From contig CAVOWV010000017.1 in NCBI GenBank assembly GCA_963700245.1, forward strand, positions 64,236-128,235: DNA of 64,000 bases. Direction: 5' to 3'. Below the pieces are notes generated by a model, which ran no database searches, was not told the origin of the DNA, and saw nothing but the letters and a program-made list of their open reading frames with translations. A program made the position numbers and the translations under genes. Below are positions 31,225 to 41,635 of the stretch, piece after piece; position 1 is the first letter of the stretch, and each line of letters begins with the position of its first letter. Origin of the DNA: an uncultured Chloroflexia bacterium. GTDB taxonomy: Bacteria; Chloroflexota; Limnocylindria; Limnocylindrales; CSP1-4.

Positions 31225-32103
31225 ATGAGACTGCTGGTCAGCGGGGCGATCGTCGCGATCCTGGTCGCAGGTGCGGCATTGACGTCACGGGCCGTGGCGC
31301 GGGCACTGGCTCCCTGGCGCACGCCGCGGGACAGCCCTGCTGCGTTCCTGCGACGAGGCCGGGCTCCCTCGACCCACACCCTCGTCGTGTGCGCGGGCGA
31401 CAGCTTCACGCACGGCGTCATGAGCGCCGACTACCTGGCAACGCTCCGGGGACGGCTCGGCAGCGACGGCTACGAGTTCGTGAACGCCGGCATCAACGGC
31501 AACCTCGCGTGGAACGTGCTCCAGCGCCTCGACGACGTCGTCGCGTGCCGCCCTGATGCCGTGACGCTCCTGGTGGGCACGAACGATGTGCTCGCGACCC
31601 TTGGCCCCGCGTGGGAACCGATGTACCGGCGCCAGCAGCACATCCCCGTCACGCCGACCCTCGCCTGGTACGAGGAGAACCTCCGCGCGATCATCGACCG
31701 CCTGCAGGCCGAGACCGGCGCCCGGCTGGCGATCCTGGACCTGCCGCCGCTGGGCGAGGACCTCGAGAGCGAGATCAACGACCGCGTCAGCGCGTACAAC
31801 GCGGCTCTGCGAGCGGTCGCGGCGGCGTCGGGCGTCTCCGTCCTCCCGCTCCACGACCGCCTCGTCGATCTTCTCCCGGACGACCACACGCCCCCACCCT
31901 TCGAGGGCCGCCGGAACCTGATGGGCTCGGCGCTCGTCCGTCGCCTCGTTCGGCGCCAGTCGTGGGACCAGGTCTCGGACGCACACGGCCTGGCGCTCCT
32001 GACCGACCACCTCCACCTCAACGATCGCGGCGCGGCGGTGCTCGCGGACCTGATCGCAGGCTGGCTGGCCGCCCCGGAGGCGGAGCTCACGACCCCGGGG
32101 TGA
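31225..32103 (+). CDS. SGNH/GDSL hydrolase family protein
   Basis: Contains GDSFTHG (block I), NAGINGN (block II-III) and VGTNDV. Confidence 0.8.
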   Translation: MRLLVSGAIVAILVAGAALTSRAVARALAPWRTPRDSPAAFLRRGRAPSTHTLVVCAGDSFTHGVMSADYLATLRGRLGSDGYEFVNAGINGNLAWNVLQRLDDVVACRPDAVTLLVGTNDVLATLGPAWEPMYRRQQHIPVTPTLAWYEENLRAIIDRLQAETGARLAILDLPPLGEDLESEINDRVSAYNAALRAVAAASGVSVLPLHDRLVDLLPDDHTPPPFEGRRNLMGSALVRRLVRRQSWDQVSDAHGLALLTDHLHLNDRGAAVLADLIAGWLAAPEAELTTPG

Positions 32104-32109
32104 GCGGGC

Positions 32110-32784
32110 TCACAACCCCAGGGTGAACAGGATCCCGTCCCAGTTCTCGCGCAGGTCCCAGATCGCGACCGCGATCAGGAGGAGGCCCGAGCCGATCTCG
32201 ATCGCCCGGTGGTGCGACGTCACGAACCGCACGACCGACCGCTGCCGCGCCCCGGCCAGCAGCGAGAGCAGCACCAGCGGCAGCCCGAACCCGAGACCGA
32301 ACACGAAGAACGTCACGAGCCCGAGGGCGGCGTCCCCGAACCCCACGGACACCGCGATGAGCGCCGCCAGGAACGGCCCGGCGCAGGGCAGGGCGATCGG
32401 CCCCAGCATCATCCCGTAGACGTACGCCTGGCCGTACGGGTTGCGGATCACGGGCACGGCCATGCCCGGCAGGCGGTTGAACGGGTTTCGCCCGGCGAGC
32501 AGCATCAGGCCCAGCACGATCAGGAACGCGTCGACGAGGGGCACCAGGAACGAGGCGACGCGCCCGATCGGCGCAGACACCGCGACCAGCACCACCCCGA
32601 TGAGCACCATCGTGGTGAGCACGCCCATCAGGACCAGGAGCCCCAGGAAGCCCGTCGCCCGTCGCCCGGACAGCCGCTCCGCGTTCGCGGCGAGGTACGC
32701 CAGGAAGCTTGGGTAGAGCGGCAGGAGACAGGGGCTCGCGGCGCTCGCGAGGCCCGCCGCAAAGACCGCGACGAGCTCACCCAT
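32110..32784 (-). CDS. ccdA: Cytochrome c biogenesis / thiol-disulfide transfer membrane protein CcdA (DsbD family)
   Basis: MGELVAVFAAGLASAASPCLLPLYP... and a second Cys in ALPCAGP. Six TM helices. Start chosen at 32784. Confidence 0.85.
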   Translation of the reverse strand: MGELVAVFAAGLASAASPCLLPLYPSFLAYLAANAERLSGRRATGFLGLLVLMGVLTTMVLIGVVLVAVSAPIGRVASFLVPLVDAFLIVLGLMLLAGRNPFNRLPGMAVPVIRNPYGQAYVYGMMLGPIALPCAGPFLAALIAVSVGFGDAALGLVTFFVFGLGFGLPLVLLSLLAGARQRSVVRFVTSHHRAIEIGSGLLLIAVAIWDLRENWDGILFTLGL

Positions 32785-33480
32785 CAGGCGCCGGCCTTCT
32801 CCACGATCTGCTCGACGGACTCCTGGCCGGTTGAGAACTCGACCTCGCCCGTGGGCGAGACGAAGATGACGGGCACGCTGGGCGGGTTGATGGCGTTCGG
32901 CCCGAACTCCGCGTCCAGGGCCTTGGCCAGCTCCTTGCCGGCCACCGCGTAGCGACCCGTGAACCCGCGCTCGGACTTGTAGCGCGCGAGGTCCTCGGCG
33001 GTCTCGGACGGGTCCACGGTGAGCACGACGTACTCGGCGGTACCCGGGGCCAGCTGGGCGAACGCCTCGGTGAAGCGGCCCTGCTGGGCGCGGCAGTTGC
33101 TGCACCAGATGGCCATGCTCTCGATGAACAGCGGCCTGCCGGCGAGCTCCGCGATCGTGAAGGTCTCGCCGGTCTCGACATCCGTGAGCGGGGCGTTGGC
33201 CCAGGGCTTCGATGCAAGCGCGGCCGCAGCCGGGTTGACCGCCGGGCTGGCCGCGGGCTCCATCGAGGCAGCGGCCGCGTCCGAGGGGGTCGGGTCGGCC
33301 GTCTCAGGCAGCCATCGACGCCGCATCCGACGGGGCCATCGTCTCGGGCGCCATCGATGCCGTGCCGGGCTCGGTGGCGGCGGGAGCCGTCGTCGGGGCG
33401 GCCGATCCGCCACAGGCCGCCAGGGCCATGGCCCCGGTCAGCGCGAGGATGCCGAGGCGGATCGTGATCGTTCGTGTCAT
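32784..33480 (-). CDS. Thioredoxin-like (TlpA/ResA-type) lipoprotein, one frame shift as assembled
   Basis: Signal and lipobox MTRTITIRLGILALTGAMALAACGG lie in the frame of ORF 33304..34533. The thioredoxin domain with WCSNC is in ORF 32784..33413. The shift is near 33305. Confidence 0.75.
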
Positions 33481-33588
33481 TGGCTGCGGTTCCTCGTGGT
33501 CGTGGTGTGCGTGGGGCACTGTGCCTGTCGTTCGTGACGCGCCCGTGACGGGTCCCCCACCGGTGGTTCGAAGGCAGGCGGCGTTAGG

Positions 33589-34593
33589 ATGCGTCCCATG
33601 ACCGACCAGACGTCCCATCCCGCCGCCCCCCACGTCCCCACCCTGATGACGGTACATGCCCACCCCGACGACGAGGTCATCGGCACCGGCGGCACGATGG
33701 CGAGAGCCGTCAGCGAGGGCCGCCGCGTGGTGCTGATCACCTGCACCCGGGGCGAGATGGGCGACATCGTGGTCCCCGAGCTGGACACGCCCGAGAACCA
33801 CCGCCGCCTGGGCGAGATCCGCGCGGCCGAGCTGGAGCAGGCGATGGCTGCCCTGGGCGTCACCGAGTGGGAGAACCTGGGCTACCACGATTCGGACATG
33901 ATGGGTCGCCCCGGGAACAGGGATCCGCGGACCTTCTGGCAGGCGAACCTCGACGAGGCGATCGGCCGCCTGGTCTGGATGGTGCGCCGCTACCGGCCGG
34001 ACGTCATGACCACCTACAACGACTTCGGCGGCTACGGGCACCCGGACCACATCCGGACCCACCTGGTCGCGGTGGGCGCGTTCGCACGGGCCGGTGACCC
34101 GGCGTGGTACCCGGAGCAGCTGGCGCCCGAGCACGGTGGGAGCGGCGGGGCGGAGGGCGAGGGGGGGCTCGCGCCATGGGCCCCTGCCAAGCTCTACGAG
34201 CAGGCGATCCCGGCCTCGGTCCGAACGGCGCTCCAGGAGCGGATGGACGCCATCGGCGAGCGCTCGTTCTGGAGCCCGCCCGAGGACGCCACGCCGGAGC
34301 AGCTCGCAGAGTTCGAGGCCTTCGCCGCCCGGATGCTCGTCCCGGACGAGACCGTCACGACCTGGGTGGACGTGTCGGCGCAGCTGGACCAGCGGTGGGA
34401 TGCCTTCCGCGCCCACGTCACCCAGATCAGCGGCGAGAACCCGTTCGTCCGCTTCGGCCGCGACGCCTGGGCCGAGTTCTGGTCCCGCGAGGCGTTCGTG
34501 CGCCGCGAGACGCGCGTCCCGGCCCCCGACCACGAGGACGACCTGTTTGCCGGGCTCGAGGGTCGCGAACCAGGGCCCTACGGCTGGAGCTGA
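33589..34593 (+). CDS. PIG-L family deacetylase (mycothiol conjugate amidase Mca / MshB-like)
   Basis: VHAHPDDEVIGTGG... and GGYGHPDHI. 334 aa. Confidence 0.8.
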   Translation: MRPMTDQTSHPAAPHVPTLMTVHAHPDDEVIGTGGTMARAVSEGRRVVLITCTRGEMGDIVVPELDTPENHRRLGEIRAAELEQAMAALGVTEWENLGYHDSDMMGRPGNRDPRTFWQANLDEAIGRLVWMVRRYRPDVMTTYNDFGGYGHPDHIRTHLVAVGAFARAGDPAWYPEQLAPEHGGSGGAEGEGGLAPWAPAKLYEQAIPASVRTALQERMDAIGERSFWSPPEDATPEQLAEFEAFAARMLVPDETVTTWVDVSAQLDQRWDAFRAHVTQISGENPFVRFGRDAWAEFWSREAFVRRETRVPAPDHEDDLFAGLEGREPGPYGWS

Positions 34594-34833
34594 GCCCGGT
34601 CCGAGCCGGCTAGGATCGAAGTGCCCCGCCCGGGTCGGCTCGGATCTGAGCCCCGCCCAGGGCCGGCTCGATCACCACTGGTGCTATTCCTGGCCGAGAT
34701 CCGGCTCTCCTGTGGCGTCAGCGCCCCTGGATGAGGGTCAGGCCGCCGTCTATCACCATGGGTGATGAAGGGTGGCCCAAGTCGCCCGTTCCGTCCGGGA
34801 TACGCGGCAGATAGCACCCGTGGTGATATCGGC

Positions 34834-34917
34834 CCCGGGACCGGCGAGCCCGGGACCGGCGAGCCCGGGACCGGCGAAGCGCGGGGACCGGCGAAGCCCG
34901 GGACCGGCGAAGCGCGG
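34834..34917. repeat. Tandem repeat, unit 15-17 nt, about 5 copies (CCCGGGACCGGCGAG / GCGCGGGGACCGGCGAA)
   Basis: Read directly in the convergent intergenic region between the PIG-L and CapA genes. Confidence 0.8.
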
Positions 34918-34993
34918 AATTCAGGGCACGGGCACGACGAGCGGGTTGCGGGTTGCAGCCGCGGACTCGGGCCCGTCGCCCGGACCCAAGCCC

Positions 34994-36819
34994 CTACCAG
35001 TCCAGCAGGCCCTTCGACGCCTTCCAGACCTGGTCCATCACGAACTTGCCGGACCCCGCGGGGTCCATGAGGTTCGGCTGGGCCTTGCCCAGGATCAAGT
35101 GCGGCCGCATCCGCGCCTGGGCCAGCTCCTTGCCGCGGAACGTGAGCTCCAGGGTCAGGCCCTCCATCGTGTACTCGGACCACGTCTGGTCGAACACGAA
35201 GTTGCCCAGGGCGTACCAGATGGGCTTGCCCTTGTAGACCTCCATGCCCTCGGCCCAGTGCGGGTGATTGCCGATGACGAGATCCGCCCCGGCGTCGATG
35301 GCCGCCTGGCCCATCCGCCGCTGCGCGGGCGAGGGGGCCGCCCGGTACTCCACGCCCCAGTGCGGGAACACAACGACGACGTCGGCGCCCGCCTTGCGCG
35401 CGGCCTTGATGTCGGCCTTGAGCGCCTTCGTGGTCATCCGGGCGCTGCCGGCGGTGTCCGCATCGGCGTTGTAGACACGCGCGATCTGGTCGTAGCCCAG
35501 CATCCCGACCGTCACGTCACCGGCCTTGAGCAGGGTCGCCTTGTGGGCCGCCGCCGCGTTCTTGCCCAGGCCTCCGTGGGCCAGGCCGTAGTCGTCGAGG
35601 TTCTCCATCGTCTGGAGCATCCCCTTCCGCCCGGCGTCCCCGATGTGGTTGTTGGCCAGCGATACCCAGTCCAGGCCCGCATCGACCAGCCCCTTGATGT
35701 GCTTGGGGTTGGCCGAGAACACGGTCCCCTTGCCGTGCCACCGGAACGCGTCCGGGGCGGGGTTCTCGAAGTTGGCGATGGCGATGTCGGCGCTCGAGAT
35801 CAGCTCGCGGACGACGCCGGCGTTGCCGGTCTTCTTCGTGTACGGCAGGTCCCAGCCCATGGGCGAGCAGTCCTTGCAGCGCCCCGTGATCTCCACGGTG
35901 CCGCCGTCGAACGGGAAGCTGGCGCCCCGCTTGCTGCCCTGGATCGCCAGCGAGACGCCCCGGTCCAGCAGGATGTCGCCGCCGGCGACCATGGTCCAGG
36001 CGTCGCCCGGGTCGTAGGCCGGGGTCGCCGGCCCGGGGAGGCGCGCGGTGAGGGGCCACTTGGCGAGGCTCTTGACGCGGTCCGTGCCGAACAGGCTCTT
36101 GCCACCCCAGGCCAACGCCCGGACCGACGGTCCCACCTGGTCGGCGCGCAGGAACGCGACGCGACCCCGGTTGGCGGCGAGGTTCTCTGCGAGCTTCTCC
36201 GCGGACGCGACGGTGACCAGGCGCTTGCCCAGGTCGTCGCGCGAGAGGCCGAGGGACTAGAGGATCGCGTCGGCGTCCTCCTCGACGAGGACGAGGGCCT
36301 TGAACGGCGAGCCACCGGTCGCCAGGCTCTCGATGTCCGTGGCGCGGATGCCGGACCGGGCCGACCGGAAGTTGGTGACCGGGACGATCGCGACGTCGGT
36401 CTCGGCGAGGATGGCGACGGGCTCCGCGGACGCCGGCGGCGCAGGCTCCGCGTCGGGAGGGGGCTCGGTGGGGCTCGCGGCATCGGGATCGTGCCGGGAT
36501 CGCCACCGGGATCGGTGCCGTCGGCAGAGGCGGTCGGCTCGGCGTCGGCGATGGCGGACGCGATCGGGGCGCCCGTGGCGGCAGCCCCGGTAGGAGCCGC
36601 TCCCCCGCCGGACACGCTCGACAGGATCCCGCCGCCGAAGCCCAGCCCGACGATCAGCACCAGCACGACGGCGCCGACCGCGGTCAGGATGGCGGGCAAT
36701 CGCGAACCACCCGGCCCCGATCCACCGGCGCCGCGGCTGGTCGGTCCCGGAGACATCGGGTGCGCACCGCTGCGCGGGTTCGCCTGGCGAGGATCGTATC
36801 GGGGGTCGCGGACGCTCAC
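34994..36819 (-). CDS. CapA-family (PGA_cap metallophosphatase-like) membrane-anchored protein; one frame shift and one in-frame TAG as assembled
   Basis: The catalytic part is intact in ORF 34994..36136 (GGDILLDR, ANFENP, ANNHIGDAG, HWGVEY, GNHPHW). Upstream the same frame continues as ...ALVLVEEDADAIL-TAG(36257-36259)-SLGLSRDDLGKRLV.... The N-terminal TM anchor (LPAILTAVGAVVLVLIVGLGF) is in another frame, with the shift near 36480. Confidence 0.75.
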
Positions 36820-37184
36820 GAGTCGGGATTGTATTCGCAGGCGCGAGATGTCTCCCGCGGACGAGCGGCTGCCCGTCCGCGCGGGTGCCTCGGCGCCATG
36901 CAGGGGACAGCTCGGGCCCGTGGAGCGCGACGGTCCGGGAAAGGGCGGCGCCCCGTCCGGGCGGGCGGACGGGGCGCGGGAAGAATCGTCTCAAGCGGCC
37001 CGCGGCGGGCCGGCGGGATGATACATGGGCCTCGCGTTTCGCGCGACCAGACCGCCCAGGAGGCTCGCGCAGGGCCAGGGAAACCGGTCGGGGCGTGCCC
37101 GGATCACGCGACCGTGGCGGTACTACGGGGTGTCCTCGACATCCCGCGTGCGGTGGTGGCGCTCGCACGGGACGGAGGAGTGGA

Positions 37185-37261
37185 TGGCGGACCCGACCGG
37201 ATTCGAACCGGCGATCTCCAGCGTGACAGGCTGGCATGTTGGGCCGCTACACCACGGGTCC
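37185..37261 (-). tRNA. tRNA-Asp (anticodon GTC)
   Basis: The reverse complement GGACCCGTGGTGTAGCGGCCCAACATGCCAGCCTGTCACGCTGGAGATCGCCGGTTCGAATCCGGTCGGGTCCGCCA folds as a 77-nt cloverleaf. The anticodon loop is CTGTCAC and CCA is encoded. Confidence 0.93.
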
Positions 37262-37485
37262 GCGACCGGTGGCGGATCATAGCAGGGACCCTCCGAAGCC
37301 GCCACCGCCGCGAACACACCGGATCGTGGAGGAGAGGGCCTCGCCGTATACTCCGCGTGCCTGCCGCACCCGACCTCGGGTTCGCCGCCACCAGGCGGCT
37401 CGCGACCGGCTCCAGACAAGAGATCCAGGCTCCGGCTCCGTCGCCTCGTCCGCGACGCCGCCGCCCCAAGACCGGAGGGTCGATC

Positions 37486-38874
37486 TTGACGCTCAGCGCC
37501 TCCCCCGCGGCGAGGTCGCGCGCACGCGTGCGCTGGCACGCCCTCGCGGACCGCCTGAGGACCATCCGGCCCGAGGCGCTCGCCAAGGGAGCCATCGGCC
37601 TCACGCTCGCCGTTGTGTCGGTGCAGCTGGCCGTGGCCTCGTGGCCGGCGCTGCTGCCGTTCATCGTCGGCGCGGTCCTGGCCTACGCGGTCCTGCCCAT
37701 CGCCAACCGGCTCGACAGGTTCATGCCGCGCGTCCTCGCGGCTCTCCTCGCGGAGCTGCTCGCCGTCGGGCTGCTGGTGGGCGTGGCGCTGCTCGTGGTT
37801 CCGCCCCTGCTCAACGGCCTGATCATCGTCGCCGGCAAGCTTCCCGCGCCGGCCGACATCCAGGCCTGGGTCGCCAGTCTGCAGGCCCAGCTGGGCACCA
37901 TCCCCGAGCCGATGCGCACGATCGCGCTCGCCGTCATGACCCAGACCGCGGCAAACCTGCAGGGGGTCCTCCAGGGCCTCGCGGACCAGGCGGCCACCGT
38001 CGTCACGGACCAGATCCTCGGGATCTTCGGAACGGCCTCCAACCTGCTCGGCCTGCTCGTGATCCCGGCCTGGATCCTGACCATGGTGTCCGACGAGCGC
38101 ACCATCAAGCGCCGGGCCGGAAGCATGTTTCCCGAGGCGATCCGGAAGGACGTCCTGGCCCTGTTCCGCATCGTGGACCGGACCATGGCGACCTTCCTCC
38201 GTGTCCGGGTGATGCTCGGCGTGGTCACCGGCCTCCTGATCTGGGCCGGCCTGGAGATCGCCCAGCAGCTGGGCTTCGGGCCCTTCAACTACGCCGTCTC
38301 CGCTGCCGTCCTGCTGGGCATCCTGCAGCTGATCCCGGAGCTCGGGTTCTTCCTGGGCTTCTTCCCGGTCCTGCTCGCCTTCGCCATCGGCGGGCCGGTG
38401 TCAGGTGTCGTGGCCCTCGTTGTCTATGTCGGGGCCGTCAAGGCCGCCTCCGCCGTCGTCGAGCCCCGGATCGCCCGGGGCGTCCTCGACGTGCACCCGG
38501 GCCTGCTCATCCCGGCCATCGTCGTGCTCAGCCAGTTCGGCGTCATCTGGCTGCTGGCCGCGGCCCCGGCGGTCGCGATCGTCCGTGATCTCGTGCGCTA
38601 CGCCAACGCCCGCCTCGCCGAGCCGCCCGGTCCCGCCGGCGTCCTTCCCGGCGAGAAGGTGAAGCCGGGCAGGACCAGCCGCGCCGCGTCAACGGTCCCG
38701 TCCGTGTACCGCGCCCCGGCGCCGAGGGCGGCTGCGCCTCGCAGCACCGCCACGACCGCCTCGGCTGTCGCTCCCGCACCGACGCCCCGATCCGCGCCGG
38801 TCCCCGCCGCCTACATGAGCCTCCAGCCCGGGGTCCGCCCGCCCGTCACCAGCCAGAGGAGCACCCAGCCGTGA
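37486..38874 (+). CDS. AI-2E family transporter (PerM/UPF0118) with a Pro/Ala-rich C-terminal tail
   Basis: TTG at 37486 lies 6 nt after GGAGGG. The protein is multi-TM with ...IPELGFFLGFFPVLL... and ...VVEPRIARGVLDVHPGLLI.... Confidence 0.8.
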   Translation: MTLSASPAARSRARVRWHALADRLRTIRPEALAKGAIGLTLAVVSVQLAVASWPALLPFIVGAVLAYAVLPIANRLDRFMPRVLAALLAELLAVGLLVGVALLVVPPLLNGLIIVAGKLPAPADIQAWVASLQAQLGTIPEPMRTIALAVMTQTAANLQGVLQGLADQAATVVTDQILGIFGTASNLLGLLVIPAWILTMVSDERTIKRRAGSMFPEAIRKDVLALFRIVDRTMATFLRVRVMLGVVTGLLIWAGLEIAQQLGFGPFNYAVSAAVLLGILQLIPELGFFLGFFPVLLAFAIGGPVSGVVALVVYVGAVKAASAVVEPRIARGVLDVHPGLLIPAIVVLSQFGVIWLLAAAPAVAIVRDLVRYANARLAEPPGPAGVLPGEKVKPGRTSRAASTVPSVYRAPAPRAAAPRSTATTASAVAPAPTPRSAPVPAAYMSLQPGVRPPVTSQRSTQP

Positions 38875-40079
38875 CCGACGATCCCGCCCGCATGACGGAC
38901 ATGTCGTCCGAGTCCGGGTCCACGCCCCCCGAGGGCGCCGCCGTGCTGGCCCAGGCGTACATCCAGCTCACGGAGGCGGAGGCCACCCCGCTCGATGCCG
39001 CCGATGCCATCGAGCGCCGGGACCAGTACGGGCGCGTGCCGATCCTCGTGCGGATCCGCCGCCAGCCGCCCATCAATCCCGTGTGGATCCTGGTCGCCAT
39101 CGGCCTTGCCGCATCGGGGCTGTTCCTGCCGCTGGTGGCCGCCCTGCGCGCCATGATCATCGTGGGGGCGGTCGTCGCCCTCGTGGTCGGGCTCATGTCG
39201 CGGCTGTTCCTCCGCGTTCCTCCGGGCTCCGTCGGCCTGGTCGTGAAGGGCGGTCGGCAGGATCGTGTCCTGCAGCCGGGCGTCCAGCGCGTCAGCCCGC
39301 TCGTCGCCCTGTCCCACCTGGTCACCACGCGCGAGATCGCCTTCGACGTCCCGGTCAGCGAGGTGCGCTCCGCGGACGGCGTCGGCGTCGCGGTGGACGT
39401 GCTCCTCACGTTGCGGATCGCGGATCCGGTCAAGTTCGCCTACGCGATCACACCCGGCGATGCGGACCAGTTCGTGCAGGCGGCCTGCCAGGACGCGGTC
39501 CGGACGCTCGTCCGCAGCATCGAGGCCATGTCCGCGCTGGACCTCAACTCGACCCAGTCCGACTCGCTCCGCCAGGTCATCGACCCCAAGCTCGACCGCT
39601 TCGGGATCGACGTCAGCGACGTCGCCTTCACCCGGGTCACCCTGCCGCCGGCGCTCACCGATTCCCTCGAGGCGCGCCGGCTCGCGTCGCTCCAGCTTGC
39701 CGCGCAGGCAGAGAGCTACGCGCTCGACAAGCGCCGCCTCGCCGACCAGGCCGCGCTCGTCGCCCAGGAGGCCGAGTCCCGACGGTCCGCCGTGGAGCAC
39801 GAGGCCGCGGCCGAGGCGCTCCGCCTCGCGATGCTCGAACAGCGGATCGGGGCCAACCCGAACGCGGCGCGCTACGACCTGGAGACCTCGCGGATCCGGG
39901 TGGCCCAGCAGCTCGCCGGCAACAGTCGGGCCGTGGTGTCGCTGGGGGCCACGGACCTCATGTCGAGCCTGTTGACGGCGCGCGAGGCGGTGACCGCGAA
40001 CGCGGCGGCCGATGCCGTCGACGCTGCCGAGTCAGCCGGTGCCGTCGACGCCGCCGGCGCCGAAGCCGCGCCGGCCTGA
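38871..40079 (+). CDS. SPFH/Band-7 (stomatin/prohibitin-like) domain membrane protein
   Basis: The GTG overlaps the upstream stop (GTGA). Two N-terminal TM helices are followed by VPPGSVGLVVKGGR...DVLLTLRIADPVKFAY... and a coiled-coil tail. Confidence 0.8.
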   Translation: MTDDPARMTDMSSESGSTPPEGAAVLAQAYIQLTEAEATPLDAADAIERRDQYGRVPILVRIRRQPPINPVWILVAIGLAASGLFLPLVAALRAMIIVGAVVALVVGLMSRLFLRVPPGSVGLVVKGGRQDRVLQPGVQRVSPLVALSHLVTTREIAFDVPVSEVRSADGVGVAVDVLLTLRIADPVKFAYAITPGDADQFVQAACQDAVRTLVRSIEAMSALDLNSTQSDSLRQVIDPKLDRFGIDVSDVAFTRVTLPPALTDSLEARRLASLQLAAQAESYALDKRRLADQAALVAQEAESRRSAVEHEAAAEALRLAMLEQRIGANPNAARYDLETSRIRVAQQLAGNSRAVVSLGATDLMSSLLTAREAVTANAAADAVDAAESAGAVDAAGAEAAPA

Positions 40080-40087
40080 GCGATCCC

Positions 40088-41305
40088 GTGACCGACGCGG
40101 CCGAGCCGGTCGAGATCGCTGAACCGGGCGCGTCGGCCCTGCCCGGCGAGCCCCAGGGCTCGGCCGGGCCCGTGGTTCCGGACGAGCCGGCCGAGTCCCG
40201 GGATCCGGGTGGGCCGGCTCCCACCCGACCCGATGCGCCGGCGTTCGGGCCGCTCGTCCCGCTCGCCACCATCGTCCTCGTCATGGTCGGCGCGCTCGCG
40301 TTGCGCGAGATCGCGACGATCATCGTGCCCGTCGTGTTCGGCCTGTTCCTCGCGCTGGTCGCATGGCCCATGGTCGGGATCCTGGAGCGGCGCGGTGCCC
40401 GCCACGCCATCGCCCTCACCGCCGCCCTGATGGTCGTCCTCGCGATCGTGCTGGTCGCGGGAGGACTCCTCGCGCTGTCCGTGACGGAGCTCGTGCTCCA
40501 GGTGCCGAAGTACGAGGGACGACTCCGCGACCAGATCGAGGTGCTGCAGGACCTCCTCGCGCAGTTCGGCATCACGACGGACCCGGGCGCTCTCCTGGCG
40601 CTCATCAAGCCGGAACAGATCCTGTCGATCGTCCGCCCGGTGGCATCCGCCCTGTCCGGCGCCGGTCTCACGATCTTCGTGCTCACGTTCACGATGATCT
40701 ACGCGCTGTTCGGGGCCTCGTCGCTCCAGGCGCGGGCGCGCCAGGCGTTCGGCGAGCGGCACGCCCTGATGCTGGGCATCGAGCGGTTCGGCATGGACCT
40801 CCGGCGCTACCTGCTGGTCCGGGCCCAGCTCGGCGTCTTCGCCGCCGTCCTCTCGTTCCTGCTGCTGCTCGTGCTCGGCGTGCCGTTCGCGGCCCTGTGG
40901 GCGTTCCTGGTGTTCGCGGCCAGCTTCATCCCCAACATCGGGACGTTCATCGCCGTGATTCCCCCGGCGATCATGGCGTTCCTGTCCGGCGGCCTCGTGC
41001 CGGCGGTGGCGGTCGTCGTGGGCTACACCCTCATCAACTTCGCCCAGGACCACTTCCTGCAGCCGGTGGTGATGGGCTCGGAGCTCAACCTCAGCCCGCT
41101 GGTCGTGTTCATCTCCGTCCTGGTGTGGGCGTGGATCCTCGGGGCCGCGGGTGCGCTGCTCGCCGTCCCGCTCACCGTCGGGCTCGTGGCGATCCTGGAG
41201 GCCTACCCGGCGTCCCGGGACATGGCTGCGCTGCTGCGCAACACCATCGAGCCGCCACCCGGCAGCACGTCGGACGAGGACGCCTTCACGGCGCCGTCCG
41301 ACTGA
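40088..41305 (+). CDS. AI-2E family transporter (second copy)
   Basis: GTG at 40088 lies 9 nt after the SPFH stop. Motifs are IPNIGTFIAVIPPAIMAF... and FLQPVVMGSELNLSPLVVFISV. Confidence 0.8.
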   Translation: MTDAAEPVEIAEPGASALPGEPQGSAGPVVPDEPAESRDPGGPAPTRPDAPAFGPLVPLATIVLVMVGALALREIATIIVPVVFGLFLALVAWPMVGILERRGARHAIALTAALMVVLAIVLVAGGLLALSVTELVLQVPKYEGRLRDQIEVLQDLLAQFGITTDPGALLALIKPEQILSIVRPVASALSGAGLTIFVLTFTMIYALFGASSLQARARQAFGERHALMLGIERFGMDLRRYLLVRAQLGVFAAVLSFLLLLVLGVPFAALWAFLVFAASFIPNIGTFIAVIPPAIMAFLSGGLVPAVAVVVGYTLINFAQDHFLQPVVMGSELNLSPLVVFISVLVWAWILGAAGALLAVPLTVGLVAILEAYPASRDMAALLRNTIEPPPGSTSDEDAFTAPSD

Positions 41306-41358
41306 CGGGCGTGGGGCGCCCGCCAGGTCGCGGACGCTACCCGTGCAGCGGATCGTGC

Positions 41359-41425
41359 GCCCGCGGTTGCGTCCGGCCCGCGGTTGCGTCCGGCCCGCGG
41401 TTGCGTCCGGCCCGCGGTTGCGTCG
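41359..41425. repeat. Tandem repeat, 17-nt unit x4 (GCCCGCGGTTGCGTCCG)
   Basis: Read directly. The copies are head-to-tail with no spacers. Confidence 0.85.
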
Positions 41426-41575
41426 TACGCAGGGTTTCTTGCCCACAGGTGCACCGTTCTTGCGCCGGGCGCACGCCGAGGACGGTCCTGAGGCTTCGGA
41501 CACCCGATCGGGCGCCGTCACCATGCGTGCCACGCAAGCCGGCAGCACATCTGTCGGGATTCCTTGCGTACCACG

Positions 41576-41635
41576 CAGGCCCGCGCTCGGCAGGCCCGCG
41601 CTCGGCAGGTCCGCGCTCGGCAGGCCCGCGCTCGG
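41576..41635. repeat. Tandem repeat, 15-nt unit x4 (CAGG[C/T]CCGCGCTCGG)
   Basis: Read directly. A related core, CAGGTCC[G/A]CG..CAGGCTCAC, recurs at 42600-42620 and 42650-42670. Confidence 0.85.

Noticed and set aside
36945-36985. Hairpin CCCCGTCCG-N6-CGGACGGGG between tRNA-Asp and the CapA gene as a terminator
   Set aside because: There is no U/T tract on either strand, and it lies about 200 nt from the tRNA. GC-rich palindromes of this size are common here, so the evidence is insufficient.
37347-37352. TATACT as a -10 element for the AI-2E/SPFH operon
   Set aside because: There is no convincing -35 at proper spacing, and a single hexamer match is not informative without transcript data.
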